Assembly: GCA_963830455.1 (NCBI GenBank)
Contig: CAWHMT010000004.1
Location: 434,644 to 498,643 of the forward strand
Reading direction: 5' to 3'
Length of the DNA: 64,000 nucleotides
Origin: an uncultured Gemmatimonadales bacterium
GTDB lineage: Bacteria > Gemmatimonadota > Gemmatimonadetes > Gemmatimonadales > GWC2-71-9
Shown here piece by piece: positions 42,960-51,658 of this stretch. Under the pieces are notes generated by a model. The model saw only the letters and a program-made list of their open reading frames with translations, was not told the origin of the DNA and did not search any database. A program made the position numbers and the translations under genes. The stretch's first letter is position 1; the number at the start of each line of letters is the position of its first letter.

Positions 42960-43047
42960 GTCATCCTGCATCTGCCGCGATGAAGGCATTGTGAGGAGTG
43001 ATTCACCATCGCTTCACGGCGCGTCCATCAGTTTTTGGGCGAGGTGG
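42960..43047. repeat. Copy 1 of an ~88-nt duplicated intergenic element (43-nt exact core 42979-43021)
   Basis: ~90% identical to 44372-44460. Contains ATGAAGGCATTGTGA, GTGATTCAC, TTCAC-N6-TTCAC and a terminal SD-like GAGGTGG. Confidence 0.9.
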
Positions 43048-43268
43048 GCGTCGTGATGTTCGTGCCTCACCCAAAAGCACTACTTCGCGAGCATGATTTC
43101 CCCTCACGGTCTCTTCTGTGGTTTTTCATCCAGGCTTAATCGCCCTCGGGTTTTTTTCATGAAGCACAAAACGTCGGCGCTACGGGAGATACGGAGATGC
43201 ACGCCCTTCGCGTCCGGCCGGCTCATGAAGTGGGTCATTGGACCATGAAGTCACAACGGAGGTGTGCT

Positions 43269-43943
43269 GTGAAACAGACATACTGGATGAACATGGCCAC
43301 GGTGCTGAGCATCGCGGTCCTCGCTGCCTGCCGGGGGGACTCCGGGCAGGCGGCTGAAGCAGGGAAGCTCACGCAGACCCCGGCGGCCCCAGCGGCGCCA
43401 GCGGCGCCAGCGAGCTGGACGCTCGACGTGGGGCGGCAAATCACCGCGGCGACGAGGGACACCATCAGCTCGCGCACCGCGAAGGTGGGCGATGGGTTCA
43501 CCGCTACGGTGGTGAGCGATGTGCAGGACGCCCGCGGCCGCGTGGCCATTCCGGCGGGAGCGGTGGTGTACGGGACAGTCACAGCCGTCAAGCATGCGAC
43601 GAGCCCGAGCAACGCCGGCACGTTGACCCTCGCCGTATCGGGCGTGACCGTGGGCGGCAAGAGCTATCCGATCGATGCGAGCATCGATGCCATCGCGACT
43701 GAGCGTCAGGGGCAGGGCGTGACCGGCGGCGACGTCGCCAAGGTGGGCGTCGGCGCGGCCGCAGGCGCGATCGTCGGTCAGATCATCGACAAGAACACCA
43801 AGGGAACCGTCATCGGCGCCGTCGTGGGCGCGGCGGCCGGCGCGGGATACGCCGCGGCGACCAAAGACGCCGACGTCCGCATTCCCGAAGGCACGCACAT
43901 CGTCATCACACTTCAACAGCGCCTTACCATCACCGGGAGTTGA
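43269..43943 (+). CDS. Lipoprotein with C-terminal glycine-zipper segment
   Basis: GGAGG 6 nt upstream of GTG 43269. ...VLSIAVLAAC lipobox. VGVGAAAGAIVGQII...VIGAVVGAAAGAGYAA glycine zipper. Alternative starts at 43245 and 43287. Confidence 0.65.
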   Translation: MKQTYWMNMATVLSIAVLAACRGDSGQAAEAGKLTQTPAAPAAPAAPASWTLDVGRQITAATRDTISSRTAKVGDGFTATVVSDVQDARGRVAIPAGAVVYGTVTAVKHATSPSNAGTLTLAVSGVTVGGKSYPIDASIDAIATERQGQGVTGGDVAKVGVGAAAGAIVGQIIDKNTKGTVIGAVVGAAAGAGYAAATKDADVRIPEGTHIVITLQQRLTITGS

Positions 43944-43955
43944 TTATGCGAGGGA

Positions 43956-43993
43956 AACAAAGAGGGCGGACCGTTGAGTCCGCCCTCTTTGTT
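43956..43993. terminator. Bidirectional terminator hairpin
   Basis: AACAAAGAGGGCGGAC-CGTTGA-GTCCGCCCTCTTTGTT: perfect 16-bp stem between convergent genes. Confidence 0.75.
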
Positions 43994-44005
43994 CTCCAAT
44001 GTGCG

Positions 44006-44125
44006 CTAGCTCTTCATGATCCTCTTGCCTGCTTTACGTTTCTTGATGCGGCCGCGTCCCCCAGCCGCCTTCCCGGCGCGCCGTTTGGCGGCGGTCATTC
44101 TCCCGCCTCTGCTCTTCTTGGCCAT
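44006..44125 (-). CDS. 39-aa highly basic small protein
   Basis: Not in the ORF track. AAGGAGG at 44133-44139, 7 nt upstream of the ATG. MAKKSRGGRMTAAKRRAGKAAGGRGRIKKRKAGKRIMKS (17 of 39 residues are K/R, no acidic residues). Terminator immediately downstream. Confidence 0.6.
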   Translation of the reverse strand: MAKKSRGGRMTAAKRRAGKAAGGRGRIKKRKAGKRIMKS

Positions 44126-44371
44126 GTGGAGACCTCCTTCTAGTACGCCGCTCCGCTGATCGGTGGGCGTGCCCATAGAGCGGTCAACAGGGGTGCGTCG
44201 CGCCCGTGAATATCCCGGCGGAACTGGATGGTACCGTCCCTATCCGAAGCAGTCCAGTAGCAAGTGGATTCGGCATCGGTTCCGGCAGCGGCACGGTGCG
44301 GTCCGCCGCGCTGGTCACGCAGGTTGTCGCTGCGCACCGCCGGGCCCACGCGATTCGCGTCCTTGAATGGA

Positions 44372-44460
44372 GTCATCCTGCATGTGCCGGGATGAAGGCA
44401 TTGTGAGGAGTGATTCACCATCGCTTCACGGCGTGTGCGTCAGTTTTGTGGGCAAGGAGG
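44372..44460. repeat. Copy 2 of the ~88-nt duplicated intergenic element (exact core 44391-44433)
   Basis: See copy 1. It ends in AAGGAGG, 7 nt upstream of the DLH ATG at 44468. Confidence 0.9.
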
Positions 44461-44467
44461 ACATCCC

Positions 44468-45172
44468 ATGAACGACGCCGCGCTTCCTGAGGTCTTTCAC
44501 AACCACCTGCCGGAACCCGTAATCATTCCTGCCGCCGGTATCCTGCTGCGCGGGACTCTCACGATGCCGCCTTATCCCGTGGGCATCGTGATGTTTGCGC
44601 ATGGTAGCGGCAGCTCGCGGCTCAGTTCTCGCAACCAGTTCGTCGCGAACGCGCTGGTGTCCGCGAACCTTGGCACTCTCCTTTTCGACCTCCTGAGCGA
44701 ACGGGAGGAGTCGGAGCGCGCCAACGTGTTCGACGTGGAGCTACTCGCGGGACGTCTACGGCAAGCCACCGACTGGATTGCCGCCCGGCCGGCGACGGCC
44801 GATTTGCCGATCGGCTACTTCGGTGCGAGCACGGGTGCGGCGGCGGCACTGGTTGCGGCAGCTGAGGACCGACGCGTGCGCGCCATCGTGAGCCGCGGTG
44901 GCCGCCCGGATCTGGCCGGTGACTTTCTGCCCGACGTCAGCGCCGCAACGCTGCTCATCGTCGGCGGGGCGGATCAGACCGTACTGGCATTGAACCGCGC
45001 GGCCTACGAGCGACTTGGCGGCCTCAAGCGGTTGGAGGTCGTACCGGGCGCGACCCATCTCTTCGAGGAGCCGGGCGCGCTGGACGCTGTCGCCGCTCTG
45101 GCCCGGCTGTGGTTCCTGGACCACCTCGGCCGGACGACGGTGGTCGGCAGTCGCGTGGAGGCGGTGCGATGA
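44468..45172 (+). CDS. Dienelactone-hydrolase-family alpha/beta hydrolase
   Basis: VMFAHGSGSSRLSSRNQ..., nucleophile elbow GASTGA, C-terminal GATHLFEEPG. Confidence 0.8.
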   Translation: MNDAALPEVFHNHLPEPVIIPAAGILLRGTLTMPPYPVGIVMFAHGSGSSRLSSRNQFVANALVSANLGTLLFDLLSEREESERANVFDVELLAGRLRQATDWIAARPATADLPIGYFGASTGAAAALVAAAEDRRVRAIVSRGGRPDLAGDFLPDVSAATLLIVGGADQTVLALNRAAYERLGGLKRLEVVPGATHLFEEPGALDAVAALARLWFLDHLGRTTVVGSRVEAVR

Positions 45173-45582
45173 GAATTCTCCTCCTCCTCGCCGTGGTCAT
45201 GGCGACACGGACTCTCGCCGCACAGACGGACACAGTGGCGCCGAATCCGCGCGCGCGCCTGTTCGTGGCCCGCGGCTGTGCGGATTGCCATGCGATCGCG
45301 CACCTCAAGGTAAAGGCGAAGGCCGACGTCGGACCGGATCTGTCCTCGGCGTATGCGGACGTACCGTTCCGGTACGGAGTGACGCTGGAGCGATTCTTTG
45401 TCGAGCCGGTGGGCCTCATGCGGATGGTTCTGGGCGTGCACATCCAGCTTCCCCGAACCGAGAGCGATTCGCTGGTGCGGTTGTTCCGCGATTTGTACAC
45501 CGAGCATCTGGCGCGTCAGGATAGCCTGACTCGCCGAGCGGGAGCGGTCAGTGGCAGTCCACAGCCAGAACCGCATCGCTGA
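45169..45582 (+). CDS. Secreted monohaem c-type cytochrome
   Basis: ATGA overlap. Signal peptide MRILLLLAVVMATRTLAAQ. Haem motif CADCH. Confidence 0.7.
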   Translation: MRILLLLAVVMATRTLAAQTDTVAPNPRARLFVARGCADCHAIAHLKVKAKADVGPDLSSAYADVPFRYGVTLERFFVEPVGLMRMVLGVHIQLPRTESDSLVRLFRDLYTEHLARQDSLTRRAGAVSGSPQPEPHR

Positions 45583-45607
45583 GGGACGCATCACTGGAGG
45601 AGGACGT

Positions 45608-46285
45608 ATGAACATCCAAACGCAACAACAACGATTCGCGAATCGCGCGGCTGCCGGCGAGGCACTGGCCGACGCGCTGGCGTACTACCGCGGCGCGGAC
45701 GTGCTGGTGCTCGGCTTGCCGCGCGGCGGCGTCGTCGTGGCGGGGCGCGTCGCCGAGGAGCTCAATGCCGAGCTGGACGTGATCGTGGCGCGCAAGCTTC
45801 CGTCTCCGATCTCAACTGAGCTGGCGATCGGCGCGGTCACGGCGGATGGCGAGCGCTATCTGAACGAAGGGTTGATCAGTGAGCTGGCTGTCTCGGACAT
45901 GTTTCTCGCTGCCGTGACTGGCGTGCAGCGGGCCGAGGCCAGGCAGCGCGAGCAGCAGCTCCGGGGGAATCGGCCTCCGCCGCGCCTCACCGGCCGCATC
46001 GTGATGCTCGTGGATGACGGGTTGGCGACCGGCGCAACGATGCACGCAGCCGTGCGATCGGTGCGCAAGCAGCATCCCGCCCACTTGATCGTGGCGGTGC
46101 CCGTCGGATCGCACGAGGCGTGTGAAGCGCTGGCCCACGAAGCCGATGAGCTGGTGTGTCCGTGGCGGCCGGAGCCGTTCGGGGCTGTCGGTCTGTATTA
46201 CGAGAACTTCGTTCAGACGAGCGATGCCGAGGTGCAGCAGATACTCGAGCAATCCGCCGCCATGCGGTCGGTCGAGCCATGGTGA
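45608..46285 (+). CDS. Phosphoribosyltransferase-family protein
   Basis: GGAGGAGG SD. LVLGLPRGGVVVA... and the PRPP loop IVMLVDDGLATGATM. Confidence 0.85.
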   Translation: MNIQTQQQRFANRAAAGEALADALAYYRGADVLVLGLPRGGVVVAGRVAEELNAELDVIVARKLPSPISTELAIGAVTADGERYLNEGLISELAVSDMFLAAVTGVQRAEARQREQQLRGNRPPPRLTGRIVMLVDDGLATGATMHAAVRSVRKQHPAHLIVAVPVGSHEACEALAHEADELVCPWRPEPFGAVGLYYENFVQTSDAEVQQILEQSAAMRSVEPW

Positions 46286-47610
46286 TGACGACCGCCGCAC
46301 CCGGCTATGTGCTGACGGGCTCGCCCGCCGACTTCGACCCGGTCCTCCGCCTGATCGGCGATGCGCAGTTCGCGTTGATCGGCGAGGCGTCGCACGGCAC
46401 GCACGAGTTCTATCGTATCCGCGCGGAGATCACCAAGCGGTTGATCCGCGAGCAGGGCTTCACGTCGGTCGCCGTCGAGGCCGACTGGCCTGATGCCTAC
46501 CGGGTGAACCGGTACGTGCAGGGCCGCAGCGTCGATGACGATGCCGAGGCGGCGTTGTCGGGATTCCGCCGCTTCCCCCAGTGGATGTGGCGCAACGCGG
46601 ACGTGCTCGATTTCGTCGGCTGGCTCAGGGCGCACAATGACGCATCGCGGCCCGAGCACCGGGTTGGATTCTACGGTCTCGATCTCTACGCGCTGCATTC
46701 GTCGATCGAAGCGGTGCTCGCCTATCTCCGCATCGTGGACCCTGACGCCGCGCGGCGTGCCCAGGCGCGCTACAGCTGTTTCGATCACTTCGGCACCGAC
46801 CCGCAGGCGTACGGCTACGCCACGAGCCTCGGCCTCGGCCCCTCGTGCGAGGCGGCGGTCGTCGCCGAGCTGACCGATTTGCGCCGCGCCGGCGCGGAGT
46901 ATGCTCGTCGTGACGGCCGGATCGAGCCGGATGATTTCTTCTACGCGGAGCAGAATGCCAGGCTGGTGCGCAATGCCGAGCGCTACTATCGCGCGATGTT
47001 TGGAGACCACGCGCAGTCGTGGAACCTCCGCGATCGACACATGGCGGAGACGCTCGAGGCGCTCGTGGCGTTCCACGCGACCAGCCGGCGACGCCCGGAG
47101 AAGGTCGTTGTGTGGGCGCACAACTCGCATCTCGGCGATGCTCGTGCGACGGAGATGACCATGCGGGGCGAGCTGAATCTCGGTCAGCTCGTCCGCACCC
47201 GTCACGGTCTCGATGCCGCACTCATCGGATTCCTGACTTACGGCGGTACGGTGACGGCGGCCTCCGATTGGGACGAGCCCGCAGAGCGCAAGCGCGTGCG
47301 GCCGGCGTTGCCGGGCAGCTACGAAGAGATCTTCCGCGAGTGGGGCCAGGGGGAACACGAGAACCGGTTTGTGAATCTGACCGAGTCCGATCCTCTCATT
47401 CGCCGCCTCGCCGAGCCCTATCTCGAGCGGGCGATCGGCGTGATCTACAGACCCGAGACGGAACGGCAGAGCCACTACTTCCACGCCCGGCTCACTCAGC
47501 AATTTGACGGCGTTCTGTACTATGACACGACGCGTGCCGTCGAGCCGCTGGAGCGGTCCGGACTGTGGGAGCGCGGCGAAGTGCCGGAGACCTTCCCGTC
47601 GGCGCTGTAG
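46279..47610 (+). CDS. Erythromycin-esterase-family protein
   Basis: FALIGEASHGTHEFY...VAVEADWPDAYRVNRYV...VVWAHNSHLGDAR family motifs. Confidence 0.8.
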   Translation: MVMTTAAPGYVLTGSPADFDPVLRLIGDAQFALIGEASHGTHEFYRIRAEITKRLIREQGFTSVAVEADWPDAYRVNRYVQGRSVDDDAEAALSGFRRFPQWMWRNADVLDFVGWLRAHNDASRPEHRVGFYGLDLYALHSSIEAVLAYLRIVDPDAARRAQARYSCFDHFGTDPQAYGYATSLGLGPSCEAAVVAELTDLRRAGAEYARRDGRIEPDDFFYAEQNARLVRNAERYYRAMFGDHAQSWNLRDRHMAETLEALVAFHATSRRRPEKVVVWAHNSHLGDARATEMTMRGELNLGQLVRTRHGLDAALIGFLTYGGTVTAASDWDEPAERKRVRPALPGSYEEIFREWGQGEHENRFVNLTESDPLIRRLAEPYLERAIGVIYRPETERQSHYFHARLTQQFDGVLYYDTTRAVEPLERSGLWERGEVPETFPSAL

Positions 47611-50180
47611 CTTCGTCCTGGCACACGCTAAGCGTACCCGAGGCGCTCCGGCGCGCACGTAGCGCCTCGGAGGGCCTCAGTGCCGCCGAGGCGCGCGCCC
47701 GGCTCGCGCGCGACGGGCCCAACGAGCTTCCCGCCCCGAAGCGGACATCTTTTTGGCGCATCCTGCTACATCAAATCTCCAGCGTCATCACGCTGCTACT
47801 GCTCGCAGCGGCAGCGGTGGCGCTCGTCCTGGGCGACGGGCTCGACGCCGCGGCGATCGTGGCCGTGTTGGTGATCAACGTGACGTTGGGGCTCGTCACG
47901 GAGCTGCCGGCGCGGCGTGCCATGCATGCCTTGCTGTCCCTCGAGGTGCCCCACGCGACCGTACTGCGCGACGGCCGGCCGGAGCACATCGACGCTCGGG
48001 ACCTCGTGCAAGGAGATGTGATCGTTCTCGAGGCCGGCCAAGCGGTCCCCGCCGACGCGCGGCTGGTCGAGGCTGTCGAGGCGCGTACCGTGGAAGCCAC
48101 GCTGACCGGGGAAGCGGCGCCGGTCTCGAAAGACGCCGCGCTCACCCTGCCCGGCGAGACGGCCCTCGCCGACCGGCGCAACATGCTGTATCGCGGCACG
48201 ACGGTGGTGGACGGAGCGGCGCGGGCGCTCGTTGTGGAAACGGGTCTTCACACGGAAGTCGGCCGGATCGGCACGCTCATCGGCACGCTGCCCGATGAAG
48301 CGACTCCACTCGAGCGCCGGCTCGCGGTATTGGGACGCCGGCTGGCGGTCGTCGCGCTGTCCGTCGCCGCGCTCGTAGCCGCGCTGGGGCTCCTCCAGGG
48401 GCGCGGCTGGAGCGACGTGCTCCAGCTCGGCCTGGCGCTCGGCATCGCCGCGGTCCCGGAGGGCCTGCCTGTGGTGGCGACGGTTGCGCTCGCCATCGGG
48501 ATGCGCCGCATGGCCCGGCGGCGCGCGCTCGTGCGGCGGCTCGCCATCGTCGAGACGCTCGGCTCCACGACGGTCGTGTGCACGGATAAGACCGGCACGC
48601 TCACCACGGGAGAGATGACCGCGACGACGTTCATTGCCGACGGCCGGGAGATCGCCGTGACCGGCGCCGGATACGCGCCGCACGGGGTGTTCCATGAGCT
48701 CGGCGCACCCGTCGATCCGCGGGAGCGGCCGCTGCTCAATCTCGCGCTGCGCATCGGCGTGCTCGCGAGCCGACCCGAAATCGCGCTGCCCGCGAGCGGA
48801 GGCGTGCCCCCCGGTGATCCCACCGAGATCGCGTTGGTGGTCGCCGCGGCGAAAGGCGGGGTGGATGCGCGGCGCGCGCGCGCGGAGGCCGGCACCCTGG
48901 TCGCGCAGATTCCGTTCTCGAGCGCCCGGCGCTACATGGCCGTCCACTATCGCAGTCCCGAGGGAATCCTGACCGCCTATATGAAGGGCGCCCCCGGTCG
49001 GGTGCTGGAGCGCTGCGCCTTGACCGACGACGAGCGCCGCCGGTTGGAGGGGATGAACCACTCCTTCGCGGCGCGTGGGCTCCGTTTGCTGGGGCTGGCG
49101 TGCGGTCCGGTGCGCGGCACCGACGAGGCGACGCTTCGTGAATTGACCTTCGCCGGGTTCGTGGGGCTCGCCGATCCACCGGCCCCGGGAGTCGAGGATG
49201 CGCTGCTGGCATTACACGATGCCGGCATTCACACGGTCATGCTGACGGGCGACCAGCGCTGGACGGCCGAGGCCATCGCGCGGCGTCTCGGTCTCTCCGA
49301 AGTGTTCAGCAGGGTCACCCCTGAGGAGAAGCTGCGCATCGTGGCCGACTTCCAGCGCCGGGGTGAGATCGTGGCCATGCTCGGGGACGGCGTGAATGAC
49401 GCCCCCGCGCTGAAGAAAGCGGACATCGGTGTCGCGATGGGACGCGGGGCGGATGTCGCCAAGGCCACGGCCGGACTGGTTCTGCAAGACGACCGGTTCG
49501 GGACGATCACCGCGGCGGTTGAGGAAGGCCGCGTGATCTTCGACAATCTGCGCAAGTTTGTCTTCTATCTGTTCAGCTGCAATCTGGGCGAGATCTGCGT
49601 CTTTCTGGGCGCCGGATTGGCGGGCTGGCCCGCGCCGCTCTTGCCGCTGCAGATCCTCTGGCTCAACATCGTGACCGACACCTTTCCGGCTCTCGCGCTG
49701 GCGTTCGAGCCGGCGGAGCCGGACCTGATGCGTCGTCCCCCGCGCTCCCCGCGCGCCGCGATTCTCTCGGCCGGGATGGTCCGGCTGACGGCCGGCTACG
49801 CGATACTCATCGCGGTGTGCACCCTGGCCGCGGCGTGGTGGGGGATGCACGCAGCCCCGGCATCGCCCGCCTACGCGACGACGCTGGCGTTCACGACGTT
49901 GGCCGTCGCACAGGTCTTTCACCTCGGGAATGCCCGCAGCCAGGGACCGGTCGTGCGGCCGGCGCGGATCGTCGCGAATGTTTATGCGCTCGGCGCCGTC
50001 GCGCTGGTGCTCTTGCTCCAGGTGTGCGCGACGCAGTGGTCGCCGCTCGCCGGGCTGCTCGGCACGGTGCCGCTAGGATGGCGGGAGTTTCTGATTGTCG
50101 GAGGCTTGGGTCTGATTCCGGGCGTGGTCGGTCAGGTCGTCAATGTGTTCCGCGGCTGGCGGGTGCATGTCGCGGGCTAG
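47565..50180 (+). CDS. P2-type cation-transporting P-type ATPase (Ca/Mg-type, CtpF-like)
   Basis: GLSAAEARARLARDGPNEL, TGEAAPV, CTDKTGTLT, MLTGD, GDGVNDAPALKKADIGVAMG, 10-TM layout. GTG start overlaps the upstream gene by 46 nt. Confidence 0.9.
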   Translation: MGARRSAGDLPVGAVASSWHTLSVPEALRRARSASEGLSAAEARARLARDGPNELPAPKRTSFWRILLHQISSVITLLLLAAAAVALVLGDGLDAAAIVAVLVINVTLGLVTELPARRAMHALLSLEVPHATVLRDGRPEHIDARDLVQGDVIVLEAGQAVPADARLVEAVEARTVEATLTGEAAPVSKDAALTLPGETALADRRNMLYRGTTVVDGAARALVVETGLHTEVGRIGTLIGTLPDEATPLERRLAVLGRRLAVVALSVAALVAALGLLQGRGWSDVLQLGLALGIAAVPEGLPVVATVALAIGMRRMARRRALVRRLAIVETLGSTTVVCTDKTGTLTTGEMTATTFIADGREIAVTGAGYAPHGVFHELGAPVDPRERPLLNLALRIGVLASRPEIALPASGGVPPGDPTEIALVVAAAKGGVDARRARAEAGTLVAQIPFSSARRYMAVHYRSPEGILTAYMKGAPGRVLERCALTDDERRRLEGMNHSFAARGLRLLGLACGPVRGTDEATLRELTFAGFVGLADPPAPGVEDALLALHDAGIHTVMLTGDQRWTAEAIARRLGLSEVFSRVTPEEKLRIVADFQRRGEIVAMLGDGVNDAPALKKADIGVAMGRGADVAKATAGLVLQDDRFGTITAAVEEGRVIFDNLRKFVFYLFSCNLGEICVFLGAGLAGWPAPLLPLQILWLNIVTDTFPALALAFEPAEPDLMRRPPRSPRAAILSAGMVRLTAGYAILIAVCTLAAAWWGMHAAPASPAYATTLAFTTLAVAQVFHLGNARSQGPVVRPARIVANVYALGAVALVLLLQVCATQWSPLAGLLGTVPLGWREFLIVGGLGLIPGVVGQVVNVFRGWRVHVAG

Positions 50181-50976
50181 CGGTCTGCTGGTACTTGCAT
50201 GCGCCGTGCTGATGGCTGAACCGGGCGGGGCGCAGGAAGTCAAGCGACTCTTTGCCCCGCTGATCGCCGATCCCAAGCAACCCCATTTTTTCGCGACCTG
50301 GCTTTGGACCAAGTCTCCGAGTGTTACCGGATCGGTGTCGAGCATCGGGCTCGGCGAGGATATCGTGTTCGCGACCGGCCGGAATCACCGCTGGGAGATC
50401 GGTGTCGCGGCCGGCGTGTTCTCCCAGTTCAACATGGGCACAGCCTCGATTGACCTGATCAACACGGACTTCACGATCGGGTTTCCGCTCGGCTACCGCA
50501 CCGGGGCGGTCTCGTGGCACCTCCAGCTATACCATCAAAGCTCGCACCTCGGCGACGAATTCATTCTCAACACCAATCCCACGCGAGTGAACCTCTCATT
50601 CGAGGCGGTCGAGTTGCTTGCGTCGCGCGAGTTCGGCGACGTGCGCGCCTACGGGGGCGGCGAGTACCTCGTGCGGCATGAACCGGCGGACTTGAAGCCG
50701 GGGCTCCTCCATGCCGGCGTCGAGTTTCGGCCATCGTCACCGGGGGTTGGAAAGGGCCGGCTGATCGCGGCGATCGATGCCAAGTCGTCGCAGGAACGCG
50801 AATGGCGTGTCGGCTGGAGCGGTCGGGTGGGAATCGAGTTTCGCGTCCCGATGCACGGAACGGCAGTGCGGCGTTTCAGCGTCCAACTGCAGGGCTACAC
50901 CGGACCCGCCCCATACGGCCAGTTCTATCAGGAAAACGTGCGGTCACTGGGAGTGGGCATCCACCTGGCGCTGTGA
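50167..50976 (+). CDS. Putative outer-membrane beta-barrel protein (DUF1207-like)
   Basis: Signal peptide. LFAPLIADPKQPHF motif. Alternating beta-strand pattern. C-terminal ...GVGIHLAL. Confidence 0.5.
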   Translation: MSRASGLLVLACAVLMAEPGGAQEVKRLFAPLIADPKQPHFFATWLWTKSPSVTGSVSSIGLGEDIVFATGRNHRWEIGVAAGVFSQFNMGTASIDLINTDFTIGFPLGYRTGAVSWHLQLYHQSSHLGDEFILNTNPTRVNLSFEAVELLASREFGDVRAYGGGEYLVRHEPADLKPGLLHAGVEFRPSSPGVGKGRLIAAIDAKSSQEREWRVGWSGRVGIEFRVPMHGTAVRRFSVQLQGYTGPAPYGQFYQENVRSLGVGIHLAL

Positions 50977-51106
50977 GCGAGGGGGATTCGTCCCTCCTTC
51001 CGGTCGTCGCGCGACGCGATGAGGCGTTGGTGAAGAAGACTTGCCGGAAAGAACACGACAGCTTCAGCCCGCGGCGACGATGTTGGTGGAGGTCAAGGAG
51101 AGCAAC

Positions 51107-51652
51107 ATGCAAACGCCGCCCCAGATCTCCGTGCGAAACGTGGAGGACAGCGACGCGGCACGAGCGCTCGTCCAGAAGTGCGTCGAGAAGCTCGAGGTGT
51201 TCTACTCGCGCATCATCAGCTGCCGCGTGGTGGTGGACGCACCGCAACGCTTTCCAGCCGGCACGCCCGTCGGCTATAACGTTCATGTGGACATCCGCGT
51301 CCCGGGCGAAGAGATCGTAGTCAGGCGCCAGGCGCATCCGGAGCTGCACACCGCCATTCAGGAGGCATTCGACGCCGCAGGGCGGCGGCTCCAGGACTAC
51401 GCCCGGCGCATCCGAGGTGATATCAAGCAGTCCGCCACGATGAGCCGCGGCACCGTCACGCAGCTATTCCCATTCGAGGGGTACGGCTTTCTCAGCACCG
51501 ACGACGGCCGCGAGATCTACTTCCATCGGCACAGCGTACTCGATGCGGCGTTCGAGCGGCTCGAGGTGGGAAGCGTCGTGCGCTTTGTCGAAGAAGTCGG
51601 GGTGAAGGGGCCACAGGCAAGTACCGTCACACTCGCAGGGGCCAGTCGCTAA
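51107..51652 (+). CDS. HPF/RaiA-like ribosome-associated domain fused to a cold-shock (CSD/OB) domain
   Basis: AAGGAG SD. The N-terminal ~105 aa follow the S30AE/HPF pattern (...HTAIQEAFDAAGRRLQDYARRIRG). The C-terminus has GTVTQLFPFEGYGFLSTDDGREIYFHRHSV. Confidence 0.7.
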   Translation: MQTPPQISVRNVEDSDAARALVQKCVEKLEVFYSRIISCRVVVDAPQRFPAGTPVGYNVHVDIRVPGEEIVVRRQAHPELHTAIQEAFDAAGRRLQDYARRIRGDIKQSATMSRGTVTQLFPFEGYGFLSTDDGREIYFHRHSVLDAAFERLEVGSVVRFVEEVGVKGPQASTVTLAGASR

Positions 51653-51658
51653 GCGACG

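Noticed and set aside
43056-43139. 27-codon ORF (MFVPHPKALLREHDFPSRSLLWFFIQA) behind the SD-like end of repeat copy 1.
   Set aside because: It has low GC3 and atypical codons for this genome, and nothing supports it as a protein. It is kept only as a possible leader ORF in the repeat finding.
44140-44421. 93-aa minus-strand ORF, and the overlapping + strand ORFs at 44163-44366 and 44206-44406.
   Set aside because: GC3 is only ~67-70% in either strand, against much higher values in confident genes. There is no SD and no motif, and the N-terminus lies inside the duplicated element. A ~78-aa product from ATG 44376, co-transcribed with the small basic protein, cannot be excluded.
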